Made by a program: the position numbers and the translations under genes. Below are positions 38,813 to 52,379 of a stretch of 64,000 bases of DNA, one piece after another. The notes beneath the pieces are model-generated. The model saw nothing but the letters and a program-made list of their open reading frames with translations, made no database searches and was not told where the DNA came from. The stretch is from Octopus vulgaris. Lineage: Eukaryota. The stretch covers positions 112,778,001 to 112,842,000 of the forward strand of contig OX597815.1 of NCBI GenBank assembly GCA_951406725.2. The letters run 5' to 3'. Position 1 is the stretch's first letter, and every line of letters starts with the position of its first letter.

Positions 38813-39016
38813 ATATATATACTAAAAGGAAGTATGCGTGTATGCGCGTGCACGAGGTAGTAAGTAAAAACAAGCGCACGGATACAGTGGGATGAAGGTC
38901 TTTATGGCAACATTTGATGTCACCGTCACTCTTCTAGATTTAGTTATATATGTATATATATATATATGTATGTATGTATATACATATATATATATTTATA
39001 TGTATATATTTACATA

Positions 39017-39121
39017 TAGCCTGAGGAAAAACAATTAGGTCCCATAATGCAGGGAGACTGTTGCATAATCAAGTACATGTACGCCTGGAAGACTAATGTT
39101 GCATAGAAACAATTGTAGTGG
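39017..39121 (+). ncRNA. Degenerate hammerhead-like motif with long stem II
   Basis: tagc CUGAGGA a aacaattaggtc...gactaatgtt gcata GAAA caattg UA gtgg. Stem III is the palindrome ACAATTGT; stem I is poor. Confidence 0.4.
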
Positions 39122-39610
39122 GTGAAAATGAATGTCTAAATGTACTCCTTCTTATTGACTCCAATTTTTTTCACTTATCTATTAACACACGACTGCTGCT
39201 CAAACGCAAACCTGGAAGTATGTATTATACTACTACTGGATAACACAGGGTGAAATCTGAAGCTTGATGAACTTTTACTGTACTCTACTAAGTTCTTAAT
39301 AAAATATGCTATCTTATACCATGTATAATATACCATATATATATATGAGAGAGAGAGAAAGGGATAAATACACGCGCACGAGTATAAACATGTGGACCCG
39401 TATTTCCATAAATTTCGCTACACGGATAACAGAAAATGTTTCGTAGACTTTAATTTTCGTAGATTTTAGCAATGTATAGTAAGGATTACCTCAATCCTCT
39501 TTAAAATATAGATGTTATTCTCACACATATTCTTTTTGGTACTTTGAGAGAAGCAAATACTCTTCTTTAGATTGATACCCTTTGTTTTTACGATTATATG
39601 GTATACTTTC

Positions 39611-39903
39611 CGACCAGGCTATCAGATGTTGCTACACATCGCTGGTCACAATGCGATTCGCATTGTTTTAGCCTTTAAATGACGCCACCCCGCTGGCTAA
39701 GCGAGCAGGCCAACAGAAGAAAGAGTGCGAGAAAGTTGTGGCGAAAGAGTACAGCAGGGATCGCCACACCCCCCTGCCGGAGCCTCGTGGAGCTTTAGGC
39801 GATTTCGCTCAATAAACACTCACAACGCCCGGTCTGTGAATTGAAACTGCGATCCTACGACCGCGAGTCCACTGCCCTAACCACTGGGCCTTTGCCCCTC
39901 CAC
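39611..39903 (-). mobile_element. tRNA-Arg-like SINE, family 2
   Basis: Aligns over its full length with 18110-18399. Confidence 0.88.
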
Positions 39904-39907
39904 ATAT

Positions 39908-40033
<126 letters not shown>

Positions 40034-40639
40034 TAAATTGCAAATAATAAAACAAAGAAATCCTATAACACATCTTTAATGATTCGTTTCAATTGTTTCT
40101 GTACCAACACTGCTTTTAATCCCAGTTTACGAAAACATTCGAAGTGAAATTTTACGTAAAGTTCGCGGTTTTAGGCATTAATGTGGCGCTTCATTAGACT
40201 TGCATCAAAGGTGCACCCTTTCCTTGTACCATTGTGCCAAATATTTGTTTATTAAAATGGTGTCTTTAATGACATTCGTCGCGCTTCATTCTCTTTTTAT
40301 GTCGTCTGTGAGATCTATAATAACGGAAGTCTAGGTTTATGTGTATTTATGTATGCATGCATGTATATATGTATGTGTGTATGTATGTATGTATGTATGC
40401 ATGTGTGTATGAATGTAGGTTGGTGGGTAGGTAGGTAGGCAGGTAGGTAGGTAGGTAAGATGCAGTGGGTTTAGAATTAGTAGGATTGCTGGAGATTGTG
40501 GGATTTAGGAGCCAAGTGTTTAGTAACAATGCAATGAATTTTCTCGTTCAGAGAGAAATGTCAATTATATAAAGACCAACTACGGGTAGTGACCTACGAA
40601 ATTCTTACATTCTCCCGATTTCCTGTAATTCAGTCCGCC

Positions 40640-40880
40640 TCATGGTCCCAGCAAACAAAGTGGAAAAGGCTTTGTCTCGGAGGATAGCGAGGGGATCGCA
40701 CTTACGGATAGCCATTTCCGCCACAGTAGTGGTGAGCAGGGATATGGCCGGGGGGGGGCGAGAACGCGAGAGGTCTCCACTGCCACAGCCTCGACCCTCA
40801 ATCTGTCAGAGAGCGGCCGATATTTTAACAATTTACTTTTCTCAACCTGACGAGCAGCGGAGCCTGGGCTGATAGCTGAA
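40640..40880 (-). pseudogene. CRE-like non-LTR retrotransposon RLE C-terminal remnant
   Basis: Minus strand AISPGSAARQVEKSKLLKYRPLSDRLRVEAVAVETSRVL resembles the AA..AE..K..KY..L...F.PVAVET.G motif. Confidence 0.6.
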
Positions 40881-41588
40881 CATACAATTGTTTACAATTA
40901 AGCCATGAAACATTAGTTTGTAACGCTTCTCAGAGGGGAATAAATGGATAGTAGCCTTAGTGTTGTGTCTAGAAAGGTTAATATATATGTAAAAATACGA
41001 AGAGCAATATGATTACTTTGTTTGAGAGGAAAAGTATACACAACTAGAGACCTGCCAATGTTATCGAATTGAGACTATTATTAAGTGTAAATGACGTAAA
41101 TAATATGCATAAGAAACTGAATTAATAAAACGAAGGAAATAATAAAACAGATACATACATTAGAGAAATAACATAAGTGGTGTTAGTCAGTCAATAGTTT
41201 GCGTCGTTTTCATTATCATTAACGTTATACTTAAAATGAAATCAGCTATAAATAAATATTCTAAAGCAATAAAATTAATTGTTGCCTATATCTTTGTAAT
41301 TATCTAATGAAGAATGTTGAATATAGAATTTAAAATAATATAGATATAATCGATTTATCCTAAAGTAGTTGAAGTAGTTTATCCTAAAGTAGTTGAAATC
41401 TAAAGTTTTTTTTTTTAATTATTAAGAAAATAGGTATGGCTGTTTAGTTAAGAAGTTCGCTTTGCAGCTGCGTAGTTTCGGGTTCAATCCAACAGCGCGC
41501 CAACTTATGCTAGTGCTTTCTACTATAACCGGCGCAATAAATATAAATTACACACGTATATAAACGACATATGTATGCGTTATGTGTA

Positions 41589-41623
<35 letters not shown>

Positions 41624-42254
41624 CGAATCGGAATCGACATTCTTCTATCCAAAACGCCAGACGAGCTAACGTCCCAGCAGGAAGTACAGTCAAGGGTGGT
41701 AGTGTCAAACCTACTCAGTCAGCAAATGAGGAACAAAGCTGATTATCATGAACAAGGCTCAAAAGTGATATGAAATGCCACGTCTTAGAGGAAACCGACT
41801 ATAAAAGAGGGCTTATGGAAAGGGAACAGATTCACGGTGGGGTTCCAGCACAACCGCAGCTGCATAGCTGAAACGTGTAAAAGAATACAAGAATATATAT
41901 GTGTATGTATGTGTGAGAGAGAGACAGATAAAGTCATGCAACAAACGTCTGTTTTTTTTTTATTGTACATACCAAGTAAGCTGACACAACGCTTGGACAA
42001 ATGCGTCAATCGGCTTGGGAGTAAACATGTGTTATATAAAGGTGAAAAACAACAATTTCCTTTTTCTGTGGTATTATTGCTATACAATACGGTCCAAATT
42101 CCCCACACTAGTCTCCCCGGAGATGTGATGGTTACTTTCAAACCACGTTGGTTATAAGCATAGAGTGCGGAACAGCTTAAACCATTTAATCACATGCCTT
42201 GTTTTCCAGTACACTCTAAAATAATACATACATAGATATATATATATATATACA

Positions 42255-42308
<54 letters not shown>

Positions 42309-42322
42309 TACATATATATAAA

Positions 42323-42466
42323 TGTGGCCGCGTGTGTACCGTTGGCGATTTTTTTCCTCTGTCTTCCCTTCTCTGGATCTTTCCTTCTTTCCTGAGCGTC
42401 CAATAATACTATATTTGTTCGACGTCCTCGCGTTGTGGTTTTTTGTGCTTTCTTGTTTGGATTAAC

Positions 42467-42468
<2 letters not shown>
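42323..42468 (+). mobile_element. Copy of the 20355-20550 solo repeat lacking the hammerhead
   Basis: ggatctttccttct joins directly to ttcctgagcgtccaataatac..ttcttgtttggattaact. Confidence 0.8.
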
Positions 42469-42531
<63 letters not shown>

Positions 42532-42615
42532 TAATGAATGCAGCGTGGGAGGTGTTTATAAGCCATTTAAGAAACACACAAAAGCCGTTCGATTCACTCC
42601 AACATTTAAGTTTAA

Positions 42616-42665
42616 TTTGTCAAAATATTTTCGTCGCTAAAATCCGCGACCTGTTCACTGACAAA
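42616..42665 (-). ncRNA. Minimal hammerhead with G3-C8 compensated core (left-arm copy)
   Basis: Exact reverse complement of 42704-42753. Confidence 0.7.
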
Positions 42666-42703
42666 GTCCGTGCTGCATCACGGACTTGAGATGCAGCACG
42701 GAC

Positions 42704-42753
42704 TTTGTCAGTGAACAGGTCGCGGATTTTAGCGACGAAAATATTTTGACAAA
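42704..42753 (+). ncRNA. Minimal hammerhead with G3-C8 compensated core
   Basis: tttgtca GUGAACA g gtcgc-ggatttta-gcgac GAAA atat UU tgacaaa. 7-bp stem I, 5-bp stem II, palindromic stem III AATATT. Confidence 0.7.
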
Positions 42754-42890
42754 TTAAACTTAAATGTTGGAGTGAATCGAACGGCTTTTGTGTGTTTCTT
42801 AAATGGCTTATAAACACCTCCCACGCTGCAATTGTTTTCGTTTCAGCACACGATCTCAGATCAAATTACTTGCTATGCGAGTACATCTCC

Positions 42891-42922
<32 letters not shown>

Positions 42923-43072
42923 AACATATTTCTATATAAATATACACATACACATCTATGCACTCGCACACGTCCATATATACGTATAAATATATACCAT
43001 GCACATAAAAACATATATATATATATATATTATGTATGTATATGTATTTATGTTTGTATGTATGTATGTATG

Positions 43073-43103
<31 letters not shown>

Positions 43104-44149
43104 TATATATGTATGCATGTATGTTTGCCATTCTGTGCGCATGATTATGTATGCATGTATCTATCTATTTATCTCTCAAGCTACTTTACGTATGAATACA
43201 TTTGTGGCTCGGGAATTGGTAAGTCACTTAGGAGACACGTTACAGAATCAATTTATGAAGTAGTTTCTTCATGTTTGAAAGAATATGTAAAGGTAAGCGG
43301 GTGCGATAGACTGGAGGAAGTAGCGAAAGTTAATGAGACTTATTCATTTGATGTTAGAGAGGACCAGTAGTGAAAATACTTTCAATGTCTAATGAGCGTG
43401 GATAATTCAATAAAGGCGATATTCAATTGTATAGTCATTATCATATATACGAAGAAAATTTGGTTGTAGTCCAAGTTAAAATAACAAATACATATCATAT
43501 GAACAATTCCAGAATATATTTGTATTCTTCATTCAGTAATATTATATATTCTTAAGCTTGTGCAATTTCTTTTATGGAAAATACACGCTAGAATTTTTAA
43601 AACATCGGCACTGACTCTCAACCAAAGCATATGACAAGAATATGAAAGTACGTGTCTTAATGATTTGGTTGTTAGATTCTCGAGTGCAACGTAGTGAGTT
43701 CCATTTACAGATAGGGCAGCAAAGTGTGTCCTTAGGCTAGGCTTATCAGTTCATTTTCTCCCGTTCACATCGCTGAAAAGGAGCTGTTTTTCCTGGAGAG
43801 TGGAGTTGAGCCATGCTGACTATTAACCTGAAATCTTGCAAATGTTAGAGTTAACGGCTCTTGATGACTGTGATACACAAGATGTTCAAAATGACAAGGA
43901 GAACACAAATATTTTGCTTCACTTGGATTCAATAAATCTATACCACCGAAACCTGGGGTTCATGACTCACGAGGTCAACACAACAAACAATAACGGATAA
44001 CTCTTACTAGGATTTCCTTTTCTTTACCTCCTCTTACCTTATCTATGTTAAAAACAGTCTAGGTTCGTTGATTGTTTTCATTTTCATTTTGTTTTTCGCT
44101 GATGGACCATAAAGAAATTGAAAATGAGACTCAACCGATCATTATAATC

Positions 44150-44253
44150 AATTATTTTCGTTATTTATATTTCGTTCTATATTTCGTATATTTCGATCTA
44201 TATTTCGTAAGTTTATATCTCGTTCTATATTTCGTATATTTCGTTATTCTATA
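44150..44253. repeat. Degenerate minisatellite built on tatatttcg
   Basis: About 7 variably spaced tatatttcg-like units. Confidence 0.8.
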
Positions 44254-44850
44254 TGTAACTGAGAAAGATCAATACTACATTACTCTGGACACAGTGCCAG
44301 AGGATTTATAACAATCTAGTTCAAGTATAGGGTCGTAAGATAAATAGTTATAATGAGGTTTGTACTGAGACATGGCTTTCTAGATTATAGCCAGTTACAT
44401 CGACACCAGCACTTCTTTACCGATACTTATTTAATTGATCTTACAAGAACGAAAGACACTGAAACACGGGCAGGATTAGAAATCCTAGACCTAATAAAAT
44501 GTTCAAAGATGATTCCACGACATCTGAAATATCTATAAGACGTTATTGTTATTACTGTTTTATTGAAGGTGGTTCATTGTAAAATTAATAGATCGCCAGA
44601 CAAAACGACTTGTGGTGTTTAGTTTCGTCAGTTTGAATTATTCGTTTAAATCGATTTAATCGACTGTGCGATATCCCAAAATGTATGAATTGGCTACGGG
44701 CCAATGTTTAACATTCTTTATATTTTATTAATAGTAAAGTCTGTGCTTTGTCGCCCCTTCTCTCTTTCTTTCTCTCTCTCCCTATCCAACACATACACGT
44801 GTATGCACAATGCGTGAGCACACATATGCATACATATATGTGTGCGTGTG

Positions 44851-44890
<40 letters not shown>

Positions 44891-44943
44891 TTCTTTACTA
44901 CCCACAAGAGGCTACACACAGAGGGGACAAATAAGGTCAGACA

Positions 44944-45016
<73 letters not shown>

Positions 45017-45121
45017 ATATATATTACCATATATGTTATTGTATATATATACATATTTGTGGGTGTGGGTGTGGGTGGTGTGTGGGTGTGGTCACGAAAG
45101 CCTATGTGTATATTCTGTGCA

Positions 45122-45209
45122 GACAGTAACTACCATAGTCGAAGGCAACGAGAAACCATCGATAGGATTTCGTTTTAGGTTAAGCATTCCCTGACGAACT
45201 ATTACTGTC
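45122..45209 (+). ncRNA. Possible degenerate type II hammerhead
   Basis: gacagtaa ctacc atagt c GAAG gc aacgag...ttcgtt t UA gg-ttaagcatt-cc CUGACGA actattactgtc. Stem II is strong; stem I is only 2 bp. Confidence 0.35.
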
Positions 45210-46030
45210 TTTATTGCGAATCAAGATTAAATATTTTTTGTTTTACCAGAACACAATGGCTTGAACACTCGAGACTTGCTTATGCAATTATTTAAATACC
45301 TTCAACTTAACCATTTCACATAGACTGAATGGATGTTTCTAACCCTTTCTTTGAGACGATCTGTGTCTGACACTCCTTCTAGGAATGTATGTATATATAA
45401 CAATCGCTATAGCATTTTCTCACGGATTGTTGTCATACGAGCATTACTTCACACGTGATATTATTAAAACAAACCCTTAATACTGATATCCTCGTAAAAC
45501 AGTATTATAACGTTGCTCATGTGGCCACATGTTTGTGGCACTAAACTTGAGACAACGAAACTCTATATTGTATCTGTCATGAAGTAATTGACTGACAACG
45601 TGTACAGAGTAAAGTCCTCTTTGATACCAATTGCTGCATATACGGCTGTTTAGTTCAGGAGCTCACTTTACAACCACGTCGGTTCAGATTCAGTTCCACA
45701 GCACAATACCTTGGGCAAGTGCCTTCTACTATAGACCCGAGGCGACCAATGCTTTGTGTGCGAATATGGTAGGCAAGCACATATGTGCGTGACTGTGTCT
45801 GTCCCTTCCATCCCCATTGACAACCGGTGTTGAGTGATTTAAGTCCCAATAGCTTAGAGTTTCAGCAAAAGAAACCAATAGAATAAGTCCCAACCTTTAA
45901 AAAATATTAGTACTGGCTCGATTTGTCTCACTATTAACCCTTCAAACCGGAGCCCCAACATGACCGCAGTTCAATGACTGAAACCAGAAAGAGAAATTTT
46001 TAAAAATGTATTTATACATTTCGTACACAC

Positions 46031-46102
<72 letters not shown>

Positions 46103-46418
46103 GACGAGCTTCTTTTAGTTTCCGTTTACCAACTCCACAAAATAGGCTTTGATCGGCCCGAGTAGTAGTAGTAGTAGAAGACATGTGCCCAAGATGCGGC
46201 GCAGTGGGACTGAACCCGGAACACAGCCTCTCTTCTAAAAAAATTTTATACAATTCTCAATAATATACAATTATTAAAATATAATAGGATTTTTTAGACA
46301 TTGAATGACTATGTGAGTACACCCAAATAAAAGTGGAATCAAAGGAGTCCATAGGCAAAATATTTTTGAGAACCACACTCTACGTGGTGCTCTCTTTCCT
46401 TCTCTCTTATCTCTCTCT

Positions 46419-46459
<41 letters not shown>

Positions 46460-47244
46460 CTCTCTCTGCTAAACCATAGGTTAAGGTTCAGCATATTAAC
46501 GTTTAGATAATTCATGTTGTTATATCTGGCAATTACACGAAAAGACGGACTGTTAAAAGATTGCTCTTAATGTCGATTCCAAATTGTAATCTCCAAGACA
46601 AAGTAAGTATTAACAGACAGAAAATAATCACCAACCATCCTACAAGCATGTTGCTATAATTATAGATATAGCGTGCTGTTCAATTCAATAGGCCATTACG
46701 CCTGTCAAGGAAATGAACATCAAGTATTTGTAATACTCATATTATCAAATATGTGTACATAAGTGTATGAGTGTTTGTATGAAGAGATAAGTAAGTTTGG
46801 CTTTATATACGAACGTCTGCATGAAATTAGACAAAACATTAAGTGTCTGTACATTATATCACACGTTTCATATCAAATGATATTGAATATGTAGCTTATT
46901 TTTATACATTTAGCTACATAGATATACATGAAAAGAAACATTTGAAAATTATCACAGACACGCAGTACAAACGTGCGCGTGTACGCACATACACACACAC
47001 ACATGGACATATTTAGATAGCTATATATAGACGGTCCCATAAACATTTATAAACTAACACAGTCACAATATATATATATACTCTTTACTCTTTTACTTGT
47101 TTCAGTCATTTGACTGTGGCCATGCTGGAGCACCGCCTTTAATCGAGCAACCCGACCCCGGGACTTATTCTTTTGTAAGCCCAGTACTTATTCTATCGCT
47201 CTCTTTTGCCGAACCGCTAAGTATATCTTTTCTTATATTTGTTT

Positions 47245-47560
47245 CCGTTATTTGACAGTTGTAATGCTGCAGCACCACCTTTAGTCAAGCAAGTCGACAC
47301 CATGACTTATTCTTTGTAATCCTAGTACTCAATCTATCGGTCTCTCGGGGTGGGGGGCGACACACACAGACACACAAACATATACATATATATATACGAA
47401 GGGCTTCTTTCAGTTTCCGTCTACCAAATTCACTCACAAGGCTTTGGGCGGCTCGAGAGTATAGTAGAAGACACTTGCCCAAAGTTCCACGCAGTGGAAC
47501 TCAACCCGGAACCATGTGGTTGGTAAGCAAGCTACTTACTACACAGCCACTCCTGCGCCT
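47245..47560 (-). mobile_element. Near full-length SINE family 3, with an extra tail fragment at 47080-47222
   Basis: Minus-strand head aggcgcaggagtggctgtgtagtaagtagcttgcttaccaaccacatggttccgggttgagttcc..actttgggcaagtgtcttctactata. Confidence 0.88.
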
Positions 47561-47561
47561 T

Positions 47562-47617
<56 letters not shown>

Positions 47618-47915
47618 ATACAATAATATGGGTAAATAATTTCTTCGATGGTTTTTCAGACAACCAACAATTATTTACCGGTAGATTTCGGTATGTAAAT
47701 ATGACCATTAGCGGCGGGAACTTCTGTGAAGTTCAGTATATATTGTGTATAAGTAGAAGGGCAGGCAACAGGTTTCTTTGCCGCATACCGAAAGAATTAG
47801 AAATAGCAGTCAGAGACTGTTTATTTCTATTTTCTATAAGTGGGGTTCCACATACGACATAACCCTGCAATTTACATATGCAAAATAGGAGGAATATGTA
47901 TGTATGTATATATAT

Positions 47916-47967
<52 letters not shown>

Positions 47968-48186
47968 TTGTTTCAGTCTTGCGGTCATGCTGGAGCACCA
48001 CCTTAAAAAAAAATTTAGTCAAATGAACTGATTCCAGTACTTATTCTATTTGTTCATTTGCTGAACCGCTAGATTACGATTATGTAAACACATCAGCACT
48101 GTTTATCAAGCGGTGAAGGGAACAAACAGACATAATCACATACACACACACAACCACATACACACACACATACACGCGCACACACG

Positions 48187-48236
<50 letters not shown>

Positions 48237-48426
48237 TCAACATAGAGAACCTTTAATCCCGACACATTTTCTCTCTCTCTCTCCCTCTCTCATCATTTTC
48301 CTCTATCATTCTTTTATGTCGAGGAGCATGGGCTCAAAACGTGACAGGCATTCCAGTTTTACCCAGCGCCAAATTAATACCTCTACTTGTTGTTCCTTTA
48401 TCTGTCTCTTTGCTTCCTGCGCATTT

Positions 48427-48467
<41 letters not shown>

Positions 48468-48488
48468 GTATGTATATGTGTATATATG

Positions 48489-48609
<121 letters not shown>

Positions 48610-48946
48610 AATTTCCATAGCAAGTGATTTCAAATGATTGAAAATTACCAGTGGGTAGCGTCTAGTCACCGCATGCCAGTCAGATCTTGCTGCTGTGATA
48701 TAGAGAATATCAGCGTCTTTTAAGACAATGAAGTCGCAAATTGCCAGTAGGTTTATTACAAAATTAATTATTAATGACAGATGCGCTATTAAGAATAAAA
48801 TACCATCTCTATATCCAACTTAAACTGGATATCTTGTTAGAACACCAAATACTGTGTTATTACTTATATTCAGTACAATGAAATCCCGTGATATAGGAAT
48901 CCTAGCAGCCAAGACAAACGATATATGTGTATATACACACAAACAT

Positions 48947-49018
<72 letters not shown>

Positions 49019-49037
49019 GTATATGTATGTATGTATG

Positions 49038-49089
<52 letters not shown>

Positions 49090-49133
49090 GGTACCCCAAC
49101 ATGGCCACAGCTCGTGAGCTGAAACTAGAATCA

Positions 49134-49178
<45 letters not shown>

Positions 49179-49364
49179 GTCAAAGTCGGACGATGAAAAT
49201 TAGTGTTTAACACCGCACTGGTGGATAGAATTTTATTATTTGTGAATTAAGGCAACCATTAATTCCATGTTAAGAAAAATAAGGAAGTATGTTAATATCT
49301 TAACAATTTTACAAGTCTGTCACCAAAGGATCCTAGGGATGCGGAGGGAAAGGCGAATCTTCCG

Positions 49365-50395
49365 GTCACGGAGGAGACGCACCCTCTCTCAGTTGAAAAG
49401 AAAAAAAGAGGAAGAGGAAGAGAAACGGGACATTGCCGGCAGTCGGTGACATAGTACCGGAATGTCCCGGAACTACGTCGGTTGGGGTTGTGCTACCGAC
49501 AGGAGAAGAAACACCGTTGGCGGGAACTGTGCCGCCAATGAAAGAATTGAAAATCCCGCCCCCGGGGAAAAACGATGTATTGATCTTCTTCCATAGAAGC
49601 GGAGAGATTGAAAAGGTGATGGAAAAGCACCATAAGGGAGCACCTTCAACCTTCACACAGGACCCCGAATGGCCTCCGCAGATAGCTGTGGAGGCCACGA
49701 CGTTCGACGTGACGTTTGAGCTGAAGGAGCTCAATGAGGAATATCGCTTGTTCCCGGGCAACGCTAACACGGAACTCGATGTGGTTTTGGAAGAGGCGTG
49801 GGGGATGGCAGAGGATGCGGGCACAAGTTATTTTGAGGATGAGTCATAAATTGTGGCACTGTGTGACACAAACATTTGATAATAGGAACTTTGCTTTCTT
49901 TCTGAACTCCCCGGCTGTCAACGTGGTCTGCTCTGCAGGCGGCTAGATATTTGACTGGAGGTCCGGAAAGAGGAGGAAGGGAGAAGTGATAATGTATTTT
50001 TTACGTTTGATAGGATATGTTTAGATACGACTTGAGGGGCCCCGACCTAGAGCTGGCACATTCCTAAGGGAAGTGTAAGCCAGGTCTGGGAGAAGGGGCT
50101 TTGTGTATTGTATTTATATTATATGTAATTATTGAACTATGTTGTTGTTTGTAATGAACTGGTAAGTCCAAAAATTGAAAAACTGCAAAAGTTGTAAGAG
50201 GTTTAATACCTCGTTTTGTGTTTGGTTTTAAAGAACAATGTTTTAGAGAAGCAGAAGTCGGCGGGCGCTTTTTGTCTTCTCCCATCCTTATCATCTTTCT
50301 TTCATTATCATTCATTTCATTAATGTCCTCGTCCAGCCCGCAAAGCTACTTTACTCTATGTACTGCCTTCATGGCAAATGTAATGAAATAAAGAA
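49365..50395 (+). mobile_element. GC-rich retro-like insert with an unidentified ORF C-terminus (49433-49849) and a 3' UTR
   Basis: Compositional island with an open frame ending ..GTSYFEDES*, a T-rich trailer and aataaag at ~50387. No recognisable motif. Confidence 0.4.
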
Positions 50396-50529
50396 GATTG
50401 CTTCCCAACCACATAGTTCCGAATGCAGTCCCACTGCATTACCTCTTAGGAAACTGTCTTCAACTATAGCCGCAGGTCGACCAAAGCCTTGTGAGTGGAT
50501 TTGGTTGACGGATACTGAAAGAAGCCCGT

Positions 50530-50950
50530 ACTTGTGGCTATGGCGAAAGAATGTGTATGGTGGTCGCGTCTGAAAGGTCTAAAAACAAATACTCTCCTCT
50601 CTGGTCAGTCTCTCACCAACTTCTTCAAGTATCACTTAAAGAAGAAGGTGAGTACAGAGGGAAGTTTTGTCTAGTGAATGTTTCAAAAAAGGATGGGGGA
50701 ATGTAGCAAGGATGGCACGTGTGAATGATGGACCCAGCTTGAGCATAATCCTATGAACTAAAAAAAAGTAAGGAAAAAGAGAGTCACTTACTGTAGTGTG
50801 TTTTTTTGCATGACATTATTTCCCAAGGTTACCGTGTCTTTTCGGTAGGCTTTTCTTTCCATGGATAAACCTAATCTGTTTTCCTTTTTTACATTGACAT
50901 TTCTGTGATACACGATCCTTATTGATCGGCTTTTTCTTTTCTCCACGATC
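50530..50950 (+). mobile_element. L1/Tx1-like LINE 3' fragment
   Basis: LVAMAKECVWWSRLKGLKTNTLLSGQSLTNFFKYHLKKKV; paralogous to 31720-32235. Confidence 0.7.
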
Positions 50951-50959
50951 TCTTTTGAT

Positions 50960-50996
<37 letters not shown>

Positions 50997-52379
50997 TGTT
51001 GGTCAAAAGTCACCTGACAGTAATTCAAACCCATTTAATTCCAAATAAATTATTTTATATGAGACTCCGCTAATAAATAGAGAAATGTTGGGGTGAGTCA
51101 CAGCATTAAACTTTTAAACTTGGAATGGATTTTAAAAAATGGAATATTAAGTATTTATTGAATCTTGATTTACTGGGTATTTTATGGGTTCAAATATCGC
51201 CATCGCCTCATTGGGTACTAGAGTTAATCCATCGCACGGCTTATCACCACAGTCTAAACTTTGGGTGCCTTTAGCGAAGTTCGTTCTGTTGCAAGCATTG
51301 GGACCATGCCTCAAGTTTAAAAGCACCTTCTTCTACCCCTCCCACATAACTCGGAGCTCCTGTAAAGGGTCATAGACACTGCCATCCCTCCTGACTGGGA
51401 AGATAAACGAAAATCCTTGAAACTTCATGCAAGTAAAGTAAGAACAGAAATGCTTAAAGTGTCACTGGTGGTGTTGAGTGTATTAGAAGCTGATATGTGT
51501 TTTCCTTGGTTTCTACGTAGTACAGACAGAAGCATTTCTTAAATATCTCATACACATTCATTCTCTTTATATATGAATTTCCTTCCCACTCTATGTTTAT
51601 GCGTTTATACATGTATAACACACAGACGCATATATACATATATTTATCTGCCTATCTATCTCTCAACATATATGTACTTGTGTATGCATGAATATATATG
51701 CACACGCGAGCGTGTGTGTTTAGTTATATTTAGCTATTTTTTATATTTACTTACAACCTTCCCTCTACATTTATTATTTATCTATCTGTCACGCTATCTC
51801 CCACTTATCTTCTGTCGCTATCACTTAATGTTTATTTAGGTAGCCATCTTCTCTCTTTGCGTCATCTTAAGTTCTCGATCAGTTTATCCTCATTTACTCT
51901 AGTTCTGACAAATACATATGCATTAAAGTTACCATCGGCTTCTCCGAATTCACTCACAAACTGAATGTTAAAGAAACGTTGGTGTTAATTATATATTTCT
52001 GTATAATAGTTTGTTTTATTTAAAAATAATTTTGGTATTAAAATCACAAGAAAGAGTGTGGAGCTGCGTGTGTGAAGACGTCACAATATCTTCTTAATTG
52101 GGTTTTATTTAGCGTCAGTGTTGTCTAAGCCAAATTCAATTACGAATAGCAAGTCTGTGCGGATAAGAATTGATCAGTTGATATGTTTGAAAAATAAGTG
52201 TACAATATAATGTATTTATTGGGCTATTGATCGTTTGAAATTGTTGCTAACTTTTACTGACAATATTTAATATTTTCATATTCTCAAACATAAAAAGAAA
52301 CTGGAGGTTTTGTACATTTTTTTTCATTCAATCATTTATTTTTGTTACTTATAATCAGTTGAATGAGTACAGAATTTAT

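Larger units (their letters stand above)
42539..42830. repeat. Perfect palindrome with 141-bp arms and a 10-nt loop
   Basis: 42539-42679 is the reverse complement of 42690-42830; the loop is acggacttga. Confidence 0.97.

Noticed and set aside
40845-40895. CUGACGA..GAAA hammerhead on the plus strand
   Set aside because: No stem I and a poor stem II; it lies antisense to the CRE-like coding remnant.
44150-44253. CRISPR-like spaced repeats
   Set aside because: Units are 9 bp with 0-8 bp spacers in eukaryotic DNA, with no cas genes; a simple minisatellite.
47665-47835. Structured segment (tttcggtatg/cataccgaaa, two hairpins) as a ribozyme
   Set aside because: No intact CUGANGA and no stem I in any parse tried; left unassigned.
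48790-48845. Minus-strand ctaacaa-hairpin-gaga as a decayed hammerhead
   Set aside because: Three core mismatches and no stem I; indistinguishable from chance.
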